Source: Acanthaster planci
Taxonomy: Eukaryota
Direction of reading: 5' to 3'
DNA length: 62,000 nucleotides
NCBI RefSeq assembly: GCF_001949145.1
Contig: NW_019091401.1
Span: 434,001 to 496,000, forward strand
This document shows positions 37,866 through 50,019 of the stretch, one piece after another. The notes beneath the pieces were generated by a model. That model searched no databases, was not told the DNA's origin, and saw only the letters and a program-made list of their open reading frames with translations. The position numbers and the translations under genes are program-made. The stretch's first letter is position 1; each line of letters starts with the position of its first letter.

Positions 37866-39689
37866 GCGTCGTGTGCCCACTGGGACCGTGCGGGCTAGGC
37901 TGCCGTCCTTCTTTCTGGTCACCTCAACATCAAGAAACGAAATGTTGCCATTACGTTCTTGTTCCATGGTGAACTGGATGCAGCTGTGAAGCCCGTTGAG
38001 GTGTTCCAGAAAGAGTCGGAGGTTGTCCTGCCCATGCTGCCAGATGACGAAAGTGTCGTCCACATATCGGAGCCAAACTTTGGGCCTGTGGTCTGATGTG
38101 TTGATGGCGAGTTGCTCAAATTCCTCCATGAACATGTCCGCCAGAACCGGGGATATACGAGATCCCATGGAGGTTCCAGCTGACTGTTCGAAGAATTTGT
38201 CCCCGACAGCAGAAGCTCGATTAGTTGACACAGGTGAGGAGCAGGTCATGCAGCTGTTCTGGAGTGAGGTCTGTGTGGTCCTTGAGGGCAGGGTCTGCTG
38301 CAAGTCTGTCCTTGGCGATGGTGGTGGCGTCGGAGGTGGGAACATTGGTGAACAGGGAGACGACATCAAAGCTGACCATGATGTCATCTGGCTGGAGGGT
38401 GAGGTCTTGGATGAGGACAGAAAACTGGTCCGAGTTCTTGACGTGGTGTTCGGTGTTCCCCACCAAGGGCCGAAGAATTTTAGCGAGGTGCTTTGCTGTG
38501 TCGTAGGTAGGGCCTCCTCTGGACACTACAATGGGGCGTAGCGGAACGTCTTCCTAGTGGATCTTCGGTTGTCCGAAGAACCTTGGGCACTTGGAATTGC
38601 AAGGCCGGAGCTGCCTTTAAAGGGGCTGGGTAATGTTACCGTTGTGCTAGAGGGAGAGAAGCTTTTGTTGCAGCCTCCTCTCGATGGACGGTGTGGGATC
38701 TTTTTTGGAGTTCTCGGTAGGAGGCCAAGTTGAGGATGTCTGCCACTAATTTGCAGTCGTACTCTGTCTTGTCCATGACGACGGTGGCGTTGCCCTTATC
38801 TGGGCGAAGGATGTGGATTGTCTTGTCCCGACGCAGTGAATTGATGGCTGCCTGTTCCTGCTTTAAGATGTTGGGTTTGGCTGGCTTGTGTTTTCGAAGG
38901 GCTTGATGGACCTGCAGGCGGATCTCATCAGCTGTGGACTTGTCAAGGTGGCGGAGGATTGGTTTGGTGTGCTGGATGGTGTCTTCAATGGGCAACGATT
39001 GGGGAACTAAGGCAAACAAGCACGTTTCCACACAGTCCCACTGCAGTTGCACAACCTGCTCACCTCGCACAAGGACCGGCAGGACCCCCAGCGCAGACCA
39101 GGGGTGTACAGAATTCCTTGCCAATGTGGCAAAGTATACATCGGCAAGACGGGCAGGGACCTCCCTACCAGAATCAATGAGCACAAAGCCCATGGCAGGA
39201 AGGGAGAGCTTGAAAAAACATCAATAATCAAGCACTCCCACACTGAAGACCATCAGATCAACAGGAGCCAAGCTGAACTCATCACCAGCATCGAACGATG
39301 GTATCCCCGCCGCATCAGAGAAGCCATAGAACTCATCAAGCATGACACAGTTCCATAAGACATGGGCTTCAGCATCAGCGATATCTGGCGCCCCATCCTC
39401 ACATTCCAGTCCAATGGGTCTCCTATACCCTAGGACTCCCCAGTTAGGTTCCCTCCTTAGTTAGCCTATGGGTCTTCTCTACCCTTGGCACCCAGCTGTT
39501 TACTCTCCTACTGCAAACCCCAACTGACACACTTGAGTAAGCACACACTTAGGTCATGCAGTACCAGGATCCAGCACAGCATCCATTGTTCCTGCCTTCA
39601 CTGTTCCCGTCGCAACGCTTCACCGAGCTAATCCCTACATCTGGATCCCTCTCTACACCATATAAGCTCCACTCCCAGTCAGAATCCTG

Positions 39690-39735
39690 CAGTCTCTTAA
39701 AGACGGACCGAGTACATTGTTTGAAACGTCGAGTT
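39690..39735 (+). ncRNA. Degenerate minimal hammerhead-ribozyme motif in the Penelope pLTR
   Basis: (C)TTAAAGA-CGGACC-GAGTACA-TTGTTT-GAAACGTC resembles a mutated CUGANGA-stemII-GAAA core, as is typical of PLE pLTRs. Confidence 0.5.
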
Positions 39736-42700
39736 ATTCCCCGGTTCTTCTCAGAACCACACATACTCAAGAAAGAGATTGATCCATGGTGTAACCGCAA
39801 TCGTTTTACTCATACAGTTCCTTCACCATTAAAACCTTCAAGTCTTAGGATTAATACGTTTTTGAACAGCATTACACTATGGGTGATAAGCACTGGTGTT
39901 GAGTTTACTTGTTCTCATGATGCGACACACTTCTAGCATAAGTTTACTGAGAAAATTGGATCTTCTGTCACTTAAAAGAAATCATGGGCATCCATGGTTA
40001 CAGATTATGTCTTTATAGAAACAAGCAGCTACTGTACGAGCATCAATGGATTTGACAGGTACAAGAATTGGCCATCTTGTGCAATGATCAGTGAAGCATA
40101 ATATGTACTTATTACCAGAATTTGATTCAGGTAATGGGACAAGTACATCTACACTTACTGTCTCAAATGGAAAGGTACAGTCATGGTCATAAGTGGAGCT
40201 ATCACTTTATGCTTTGGAGTTTTTCTTCATGCACAAGAATTACAAGATCTGACCCAGTTATCAAACCTTGTACATTCCTTTCCAAAATGCCTCTGTCTAA
40301 TTTTGGCGTATGTCATGTAAATACCACAATGGGTGGCCAAAACTTCATCATGGTTTGCAACCAGTACCTCATCGACATAATCATGTGGTATATACAACTG
40401 TACTGTAGGCTTCTCTGGCAAATGACCTTTTGATGAAGTATGCCATGTATGATACAAGGTATTAACATGAAGGAAATAATTTCAAGCTTCAAGTATTTAT
40501 TTCCTTGCTTCTTTGTCATTACCAGGAAGGTCATGAGTCTTGAGGTATCTGATAACTACACCCGCAAACTGGTCTTTCTCTTTAGCTTTTTTCAACTCAC
40601 AAAGATCTATATCTTGGTGAATATTTAAATTGCAACCGTCAAGTCAAAATCTCACTTTCCACATCTTTGATTCTTTTACTCTTCTGATATTGTGCATTTC
40701 TTGTAACATTTACACAAGGTTTAGAGTTACAGGCAATCAAAGAACCATCTAAGGTTCCAAAATCAAATGGAATTCAAGTTGTAGGTTGAGATTTTTCGTC
40801 TGTTTCTTTCATAACTGACGCTGATTTGCGTAACTGGATTCTTGTTCAGATTGAGTTTGCTGTACCTGTGGAATTCTACTCAAAGAGTCAACGTTCTTTA
40901 ATGATCTTCCAGCTCTGTGAATTATTTCTTAGTCATAAGATTGTAAGAGTAAAGCCTAGCGGATAAGTCTGCCAGTTGTAGGTTTATGATTGAACAGCCA
41001 ACACAATGCTTGATGAATCAGTGATAATTTGAAATTTGGGTCCATGAAGTAAATACGAGGAGTACTGTTTAACTCCTTCTACAACTGCCAAAGCTTCCAG
41101 TTTTAAGTAATGGAATAATTCTTTTCTGCTTTGTTTAAAGACCTTCCTCCATATGCAATGACTTTTTCTGAGCCCTCTTGAATTTGAGACAAAATATAGG
41201 CCAAGCCTATGGTTGATGCGTCGGTTTGGAGGATAAATTTCGAACCATCAAATTCTGGATAGGCCAAAATTGGAGGTTTCATAAGCTTTTGTTTCAAAAA
41301 TTCAAATGCCTCTTGACATTCAGGAGACCAAATGAATGGAACATCTTTCATAGTCAGTTTGAATACTGAATCGATGATTTGACTGTACTCCTTTACATAT
41401 CTCCTGTAGTATCCAGTCATTCCTTTTTTTGTGACGCCGTTGTAGGTACTGGGTAATTTTTGACAATGCTTATCTTGGCTGGATCGGTGGCTACTCCATC
41501 TTGTGAGATAATGTGACCTAAGTAACGTACCTTGTTTTCTCCAAATGTACATTTTTGGGGTTTGAGTTTAAGACCAGATGATCTGAATCGATCAAACACT
41601 TGTCTAAGGTTGTCCAAGTGATCTGAAAAAGACCTTGAGAAGATTATTACACCATCTAGATAAATCAGAGCAATTTTCCAATGTAAACCTCTGAGAACTT
41701 CGTGCATAACACGCTGAAATGTACTTGGGGCTCCATGTAAACCAAAAAGGAGGACATTTAATTCATACTGTCCCTCTTGTGTGACAAAGGCAGTTTTGCA
41801 CTAGGAATGTTCTTCCATGGCTATTTGCAAGTAACCAGATGCCATATCAAGTGTTGAAAAATACAGGAGCTGGTGTTGATAGAATCTTCGATATTATGAA
41901 GTGGGAAATTATCACGTTCACTAATTCGGTTTATTGGTCGCAAGTCAATACAAAAACGAAAATGGTTTGTTCCTTTCTTCTTCACTAACACAATACTACT
42001 TGACCAAGGTGATGTGGAGGGAGAAATAATGTTATTTTTCAGCATTTGTTGGACCTGTTCCCTGATGATCACTTGCAAATGTGGAGGATGTCCATATGGT
42101 CGAGAACGTATCGGAAGATAAGTACCTGTAATAATGGTATGTTTTATTTTAATGTAACACGGCAGAGACGTATTAGAAGTTTGAAAAATGTCGGTATACT
42201 CCTCAAGTGATGACTTGAGTTGATATTTTTGGGTTTCACTGAGGTTTTTGTTTGACATATTTACCTGGTCAAGTACTTCCTTGGCTTCTTTAGTGCCGTT
42301 TCGTTGTGAGTCCTTGTTTCTGAAGGTTTTACAATCTCAGCAGACACCAAGAATGTATGCATATCTTCGTTTTTCACAAGGACAAATGTACCTAGTTTTG
42401 TCCGTGGGCATACTTCAGTGACTCTATCCAAGGGATTGAGGAGCATTACTGTAACTTGAGTTCGACCACTGTGTTTTATGGTAGAGGATATCACATGGGC
42501 AAGGTGTAATCCTAATCTGGTTATTGTCCTAGTAGCTTCACAAGTACCCACTAACCCAGAGGGTAAATTGGGAATAACTCTAGCTTCAAATATTGTTTGA
42601 GTACGTGGGGGAATCTTTATCTTTGAAGTTGTACAAATCTGATGTTTGTCATTAAGCCTCAGCTTGTTTGAACCAAAATGCAGACTGGCGTTTTGTTCTA

Positions 42701-42742
42701 CAAGGAACTGAGTGCCTAAGATTAAGTCACAATCAAGATTAA

Positions 42743-43029
42743 CAGTTACACACAAAGGTATACAAAAGTCACAACTATAGTCAAAGCAATCTCTGCAATT
42801 CCTAGAATGTTGAGGCAAGGTACCAGCAGTTACTGCTTGGGAAATTTCACAATCTCAAATTTCAACGGCATTACATTCAGTCGATTCAGTTACACACAAA
42901 GGTATACAAAAGTCACAACTATAGTCAAAGCAATCTCTGCAATTCCTAGAATGTTGAGGCAAGTACCAGCAATTACTGCTTGGGAAATTTCACAATCTCA
43001 AATTTCAACGGCATTACATTCAGTCGATT
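42743..43029. repeat. Near-perfect ~144-bp tandem duplication within the Gypsy protease region
   Basis: 42743-42886 and 42887-43029 differ at only a few positions. Confidence 0.95.
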
Positions 43030-44454
43030 GTCGAAAACATTTCTCACTAATGACATTAATATTTGCAGAGTCCAATAGACAAGATCGTGATTTAGACCCT
43101 AATCGTACATCGATACAACAGCCTTGCATTGTCACATCTATACCATGATCAATAAAACCCCTTCGCCTATAATTCCAGATCTTTTGTTTATATCACAAGT
43201 AGACAGGGCTCTTAGTTTAAAGGATACCCTTGAATGTGAAATTTAGAGTAACACTCAAATTGTCTGTGACCTGGTTTACCACATTGATAACAAATCAATC
43301 TACTTTGTTGGGAGTATTGGTTTGCCTATGAGGTCCAGCTTGGCCTTGCAGAGTTTTGGTCTTTGTGCCTTGGTTCAGTATTTCGTTAACTGTCGTCTTT
43401 ATTTGAGCGACGTCGTTAACTATCTACTGAATTGTATTAGCCTGGTTAGATTGGGAATTAGGCTCAACAGATGATTGCAAAACTTGTGTAGAATGCACCA
43501 TGGTTGGTGGCGGGGCTGGTGACTCTGACACAATTTGTGCAAAACCTACATAATGAAGTGCACAGTTCAAAGATTCAGGTGTTTTTTTGAGATAACGAAA
43601 GCTTTAACTCGTGGTTGTAAGCCCCTAATGAATTAAATGAGTTAATCTCTCTCGATCCAATTTTTGCAACGTGTGACTCAAAGAAGATATATCTGAAAAA
43701 TTAATGTCCAGTGATTCAGATTCTTCGTGAACACGGGAGGCTAATTTGGTTTTGTTTACCCAATTCTGGTTTTTACCCTGAAATTGTCAATCAAGGCAGC
43801 GTTAAGACTTTCCTACGAGCTTTTCGTACAGTCATCAAGGGTAGACAACCACATCGCTGCATTACCTTTAAGTCTAAGACTTTGTGTCAAGCGTAGTTTA
43901 TCAGAGGCGAAGTCACATACTTTGGCATTCAACTCACATCTACTGAAAAATGCATTCAGTTTTTCATCGGGAGATCCCGAATACGTATCTTTAAAATGCC
44001 CTTCATATTTTGACATGGCTGTTTCTTCAGTGTTCGTTTCATCATGCAATGATTTAGTTTCTTTTTTCATAGGTTCAACAAGTTTTATGGTTGAAAAATG
44101 GAAAAAAAATACATATGGAACACTTAGCAAAATGTACATCAATATCGTCACATACTCGGCTGAGTACTTTGCAAGTACTTTTGTCCTAAAAAGTTAACTT
44201 TAATCAAACAGTGATGGTCTGAAGTCATTATGTTGCTTTGTAATCTTACTTATATGCATGTACCATCAAATGCCAATGTACTTCAGCTTTGTTCCCTCCT
44301 AACTAGTTAAGTATTTGGTGGAGACCTTGCTTCTCAAAAAGTTCTTGACTACATCACTGAAAATTTCCTGGAATAAAAGTTAGAAATTGTACCCTGTGGT
44401 CACGGTGGTGTTGCTTGTCAGAGCTGTAATGAGATTTTGCCATATGTTTTAACT

Positions 44455-45110
44455 TAACGTCAAGTTTTCATAGAAGGGGAGGAGGCAAAAGAGGGGTACG
44501 GGTGAGAACTTGCAGTATCTTATGACTTCACCCTTTGTCTATAGAAAAAGGGGCGCAAGGCAAGAGGGGTTCGGGCTAAAATTTGACATAGGTGATGACT
44601 TCACGTTCGTCTTAAGAAAAAAGGGGCATGAGAAGGCAAAATGGGGTGCGGGTGGGAATTTGCCATATGTGATGACTTCACGTTTAACAATAGAAAAAGG
44701 GGTGCGAGCAGGCAAAATAGTGGTGCGGGTGTGAGATTGACATATGTTGTGACTTCACGTTTAGCAACAGTAAAAAGGGGTGCGAGAAGGAGAAATAGAA
44801 GTGTGGGCGCGATTTGACGTATGTTATGACTTCCCCTCTGTCTATAGAAAAAAGGGTGCGAGAAGGCAAAGGGGGGTGCAGGTTGGAATTTGCCGTGTTT
44901 TGACGTCATGTTCTTTATAGAAAAAGAGGTGCAGGAAGGGGTGCAGGCAGGAATTTGACGTACATTATGCCTTCATGTTTGGCAACAGAAAAAAGGGGTG
45001 CGACAAAGCAAAATAGGGGTGCTGGACTGGCCTAGAATGCTCTACATGTACACTGTGACTTCAGATTTGCCAACAGAGAAAAGAAAGGCAAAAGGGGCGG
45101 GGAGTGGTAT
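44455..45110. repeat. Purine-rich satellite, unit about 75 bp, roughly 8-9 diverged copies
   Basis: Recurrent TGACTTCACG..AGAAAAAGGGGTGCGAGAAGGCAAA..GGTGCGGG at about 44522, 44595, 44672, 44749, 44826, 44900 and 44967. Confidence 0.9.
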
Positions 45111-46089
45111 CTTACAACATGTAGTCTGTTATTTGGTTGGTTAAGTTGTTGCGAAGTCATCTATGTAAGTGTGCCGGCAGTGGGAAGTTTTTTGTTTTTT
45201 GATTGTCGGATTAGTTGTCTCTACTTGTTTTTACAAGATTACTTACCCTAAACCACATCAGTCAAGCAGGTGTTCAGCAGCTAGAGCCATTCTGGTGTAG
45301 TTTTCCTTTTCTTTCTCTGGCAACACACGCCACTCATCACAAACGTATTGATAAGCAGTGGCAAAGTTTGGAGTACTTGCAAGAACCTATTGTAAAACAA
45401 AAGATAACCCATCCCCCAAAGAACAGATATCATTTGTCTACAAAAAATATTAAGTTGTTTAGCTGTTAAGCCATAAGACTACAGCATTCACTTTAATAAC
45501 TGTCCAGAACAACCCAGAACAACTGATTTAACAAAAATACCTGCTGGAACTTGGATTTCTTGAATCAAATCCGTAGGCAATCTCGACGGTCTTCGTTGAA
45601 TATTTCTCGTAGTTTGCCTGTGTGTTTGACATGGTTTGACAACTCCAGGTCTCTTTTTCTGCTGGCATTTCAGCCTAGTTAACACCGATATCCTGAAAGT
45701 ACAGGGCACTTGTTATTATATTGACACTGTTAATCACCATTTAAAACTAACATAAGCCTGTGCCTATTCAATTTATCAATAGTTCAAGTGCCCATGTATT
45801 AACATCGCTGGCATTATTGGTGACTGATGTCCTATTTGGACATTTTATTTTTTACTGGTTTTTTCGCTATAAAAAATATGTTTGCATTTAATACACGAAA
45901 AGATATCCCAAGGAGACTTTATCATCAAAGTCAAATGGTTATGTTAATGAATTTGAATCCATGCTAGCCAGTTTGTAGGATACCTATAAGTCTATTACTG
46001 ATTGTTTCCTCTTTCTGTAATGTCACCTGGGACAGGAAGATTCTTCAGTGACTGGAGTAGCAGTGGGGAAGCTTCCTTCAGTTTTTGCG

Positions 46090-48570
46090 TGTGTCTCACT
46101 GGTATGTAGTTATCAACACTTACATTATGGCCATCATGGGCACAGTGGTTAAAGCAGTTGTCGGATATAACAACCCATCCCCTTGAAACCCTTCTGCAAA
46201 GTCATGTAAAACGTATCGGGGATCCTTACTGCACTCTGTTTGAGATGACACAAATATCCAGCTCAATGGAATTCTTTCAATGGGTAAATTGCTACTCCTC
46301 CACACACTTCCTCCAAGGCGTCTTATCTGAGAAGACACCATCTTCTGGGGAGCACCTAGCTTGCCAGCTCGGACAAACAAACTAGAATACCATTCGCATG
46401 CGGTGAGTCTTTGTCAGTGCCATCTTCTGCTGTACTTGTATCTGTCAGCGTGCCCAAGAGCTGGGTTTCTCCATCTTCCTTGATTAACATCACTGGCTGC
46501 CAGGTGATCCTCAACAAACTGGTCAAAGGCAGCACAAACTTAAAGTGGACAATCCCTGATGCAATTCCAAAGCAATGTCTGCTGCCATTCGAAAAGTGAC
46601 TGCAAAACTATGGGTCTGTTTTTGCTGCCACCTTTCAAAGTGAGTTGATAAAAATAGGTCATACTCAAGTAATGCCGGTGTTCACTGGCTTTTGTCGCTA
46701 GTCTAATCATTGAATGAAATGGAAACCTCTCCAGCAGTATTGGAATGACGTCGATGAGTTTCATCATGTAGGGGGTCAAGTTTCTGGGACCGTAAGTGAA
46801 GGACATCAAACGGTGGAATTTGTCTACGTGGCTCGGTAGGACTTGATGTCGTTTGCAGAAAGACCAAATTTGAAGTTGTTCTCAGTCTTACTATGGGGAT
46901 CGTCATTAGGTGCCTTTGGATAAACCAGATCTATTGTCAGCAATTTATACATTTCCCATGAGTGTAGATGTATCATTTGAAGTAGGCTCTTGTATGCTAC
47001 AGTCTGATGTTTCAGGCCAAGAAAAGCCACTACATCCTGCGGCAATGGTTGAATGTACTCACATCAGGGATGACATTATCTAGACGATCTGAATAGTGTG
47101 CTTCCTGCCCAAACTCCAACGGGGGGAGCTAGGATGACTTCCGCACTTGTGGTATTCAAGGTAAAATCCCGCAGGTCTCCACTGTCATCAAACTGAAGGG
47201 TATATGTATGCCCTCTTTGCCATGATGGACGTCTCACGGTCTGCAATGTTGGAAACTAACTACCCTCTACCGCTTACCATGTTTGCCAAAGGCATGCAAT
47301 GTGATATCTGAAATGATAAGTATGAGATGTTTAATAAGCTTCTTGACGATTCGGGATATTGTACGATTGGGATCTACAACGATGTAGTCTTTATCAATGG
47401 GTATAGAAGTCTGTCCTCGTGTGCAATCTAATGACAGTCCCACAGTTGATCTTCCTGTCAACAGATCAAACTTTCCTTTGTCTCCTGCATCCATTGCCAT
47501 AAAAAGATTCCACCCGTCTGATGTGGTTGGACCAAGTTTACCCCCAAATACTGCGTCATAAAACATTGAATCAGCTGAAAGATAAATACCTGTCCCATTG
47601 ACTTCATTGACTGAACAAACTACCCTCCTTGTTCACTCAAATTTGCCTCTTGATTGGGCCTTGTATCTTTCAGAAAGAGGTTGGTCATCCAGACCTCTTT
47701 TGGGCTGTGCAGTTTCACGCCATTAAGAACCTGTGAGTTGTTGATGCAAGTGAGGCCAATTAAACTTGCTAGCATCACCAAAGAGACGTCACTTCTCTTC
47801 TTGACTAAGCCAGTGGTACAGATAGAGAAGACGGTGCCTCAGTCGTGTAGGGTCAATGGACATTCCAGTTGCCGTCCTTCATTTAGAATTGATCATTGCT
47901 TTCAGCCTTCAACTTTTCCTTACTGAAGTGAAAAATCCGGGCACAATCATATGTAAATGACTGAGGATTTCTCCAAAGCTCATGGTGTCCACAGTCATGA
48001 GGAGTATTTTTTCAGCTGACACATGGAAATGGCGCGAGGCGTGACCGGTTACTAATTCTTTGAACAAGCTCATTTTGCTGCCATTCAATTTTACTGAAAT
48101 GTTCCTTAAAATATCTATGACATCTTCAGTGCAGAGCTCGGCGTTCCATTGTTGGTCTGCGGGCCCCAAGCCTTGGTGTATTTTCCTTTACACCCATCGC
48201 CAAAGCCAAGCAGAAATCTTCCCTCCGTTGTGCACCGATGCAGCAATGTTAGCAATTTCCCTCTCTTCGTTTTCTACGAGTTCTGAAAGCTTTAGTTAGG
48301 CCATGTTCTGGCAACCTGGCTTCTGCTCTGAGTGTGATGGAAGATAGAGCACACCTCCCAGCATGGTGTTGCCTATTTAGCTCAGGCTGACAAAGTCTAA
48401 ATTCATTCATTTCTATGTCGTCTTCATATTATACATGGTGATCTATGTTGACCTTAGCTTCAGCACTCGCTTTATCTTCATCTCTGATTCCAACATGATC
48501 ATGTTCGGCCTCGACCCTGTTATCAGGGTGAGGAAACCCTCCTGTCAGAGATTGAACACATCGTTCTCTT
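46090..48570 (-). pseudogene. Divergent RAG1/Transib/Chapaev-like DDE transposase with a putative C-terminal BRCT domain; 5'-truncated and frameshifted
   Basis: Motifs in order: K*RLFGDA (D at 47774-76), LHSPKEV, IYLSADSMFYDAVFGG (D at 47570-72), YIVVDPNRTISRIV, LTPYMMKLIDVIPILLERFP..LATKASEHRH (E at 46681-83). Then a BRCT-like FVRAGKLGAPQ..IRRLGGSV..WIFVSS..RGWVVISDNCFNHC..VDNY (46100-46390). Colinear with the transposase at 57.1-59.1 kb. Confidence 0.68.
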
Positions 48571-49463
48571 AGTGGCAATCATTGAGACAGAGAAGGCTAT
48601 TTGTCTTTCTTCGGAATTCCCATAGTTTGTGTGAAAGACAGCAAAGAAAAGCAAGAACTGAAGCAGAGATGACAGCGCAAGTGGCTGGCACACATAAACA
48701 GGGCAGACATCTCAGTGGAAAAGATTGGAAATTATCGAGTATGTTCTGAACATTTCATCACAGGTATGCTTTGTTGACCTTATTTTGAATATTTCTTATT
48801 TTGGTGAAACAACAGGTTAACCTTTCTGACCACAAATTAATTCTTGCATGTATTTATGGTGAAAAGCACAGATTGAATAAGAGGGCCGACTGGAATTAAA
48901 ATTGATTTTGCAAAAACAGAATATATGTTTCATTTCGATTGTGTTGACCCTCATGACTCTGCTTCCATGATTTAATGTTGGTTTTACTAAATTATGGGAA
49001 ATAAGGGGCTGTCACAAATCTGCGATATATTTTTCAGGGAAGTTGGAGAAATGTTTCCTCTCACACTTTTTTTTTTGGGGGGGGATGATTGCATGTAGGT
49101 ATGAACGATTCAATAATGAGCACAGTGAACATGGTGAACCTATGAAAAGCTGTTTCAAGGGGATGGGCCGTACTGGGAAGATTTTTTGTAAAACATGCAT
49201 CAACACATAAACATATATATAGCAAGAAAACACATCTGCATAATTTCAAAATGCGCAGAAACAGTATGTAAAAACTACAGTTTTCACAACCCTCTTTTAC
49301 TCCCTTCCTGGAGCAAAAACTAACAACAGCCGTCAGGTACCGAAAGTGGTCTGAAGAAATTCCCAAGAATCGTGACATCATAGGACGGAGTCCTTTATCC
49401 AGCAACTGTTTAATGCTACGCAACGACGCGTCAGCATGTACATAATGTAGTAGTGTTAGCTAT

Positions 49464-49725
49464 CATGTCGTGTTATGCCATCATGTAAGACTCATGCGAT
49501 GATAATTCCAGCATTGATGGTTTTTCTGATCATGACAGCGATCAGTCGTCATGTTCGTCTTATTCATTTGACGAAGAAAGCGACATTGAAGGAGCTGATG
49601 CAGCACAGGAAATATTGCCTCATCAATTCAAGCCAGAATACATTCAGGAAGAGATTTAGCAACTTGCGGCTGTTGGCCATGGGCATGGCAGCGACCTGGA
49701 GGATCGACAGCAAACACTGACTGGT
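49464..49725 (+). pseudogene. First exon of a P2X7-intracellular-domain-like (KolX-type) gene
   Basis: Acidic DDNSSIDGFSDHDSDQSS..DEESDIE, then ILPHQFKPEYIQEEI..DR..NTDW. This matches the recalled PYxFEP...RxxNTDW lead-in to the Cys-rich domain. Confidence 0.6.
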
Positions 49726-50019
49726 CATGATTTTTCCTGCACCATTCTAAAAATTTGTCTTTCTGAAAAGACGTAATTGTCCTACCATGTGCTATTCGAA
49801 AGCTCCGAGTAGAAGTAGTTTTTTGTCCATTACAGGCTAACTCACTTTGTCAAAGTTGGTTTTCTATTCCAACAATTTTTCTTCACCGTGCACTGCGAGT
49901 CACTTGCTTGGCATCAACGCGTCGCGTGAACATGGTGCGGCATTAATTGCACCAAAAATTGTCCACATGAGCCAGTGCAATATAGTCCCATTTTACATCG
50001 TACACGTATGGGTGTACAT

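Larger units (their letters stand above)
34961..39849 (-). mobile_element. Penelope-like retroelement with an inverted 5' segment and inverted pLTRs
   Basis: RT on minus at 37866-39020 (DKGNATVVM, MVSFDVVSLFTNVP, GTSMGSRISP, WLRYVDDTF, ISFLDV). GIY-YIG on plus at 39025-39358 (GVYRIPCQCGKVYIGKTGR..RINEH..REAIEL). Segment 34961-35044 is the reverse complement of about 39730-39811. 7-bp duplication ATTAATA at 34954-34960 and 39850-39856 rejoins the Gypsy integrase. Confidence 0.93.
33469..44400 (-). mobile_element. Chromodomain-bearing Ty3/Gypsy LTR retrotransposon, decayed; 5' LTR not found; interrupted by a Penelope element
   Basis: Minus-strand order: gag (~44030), CCHC knuckle CYQCGKPGHRQFEC (~43270), protease LLDSANINV (~43070), RT (SPWSSSIVLVKKK..RFCIDLR; IYLDGVIIFS), RNase H (LQTDAS..AEKNYSIT), integrase (NTSAYHP..NAVILDTISHYV), chromodomain, PPT and 3' LTR. 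Confidence 0.93.

Noticed and set aside
34992..38387. Long ORFs (300-1100 aa) in the ORF track at 9130-10098, 25784-26821 and 34992-38387
   Set aside because: Artefacts of translating through N gaps.
45500..48570. Endogenous viral element
   Set aside because: No capsid, RdRp or polymerase motifs found. The motif order fits a DDE transposase better.
46174..49167. Perfect 16-bp inverted repeat CCCATCCCCTTGAAAC (46174) / GTTTCAAGGGGATGGG (49152) as TIRs of the RAG1-like gene
   Set aside because: One copy lies inside the BRCT-like coding region and the other is the Kolobok-like left end. There is no TSD, and a 16-bp match is plausible by chance in a window this size.
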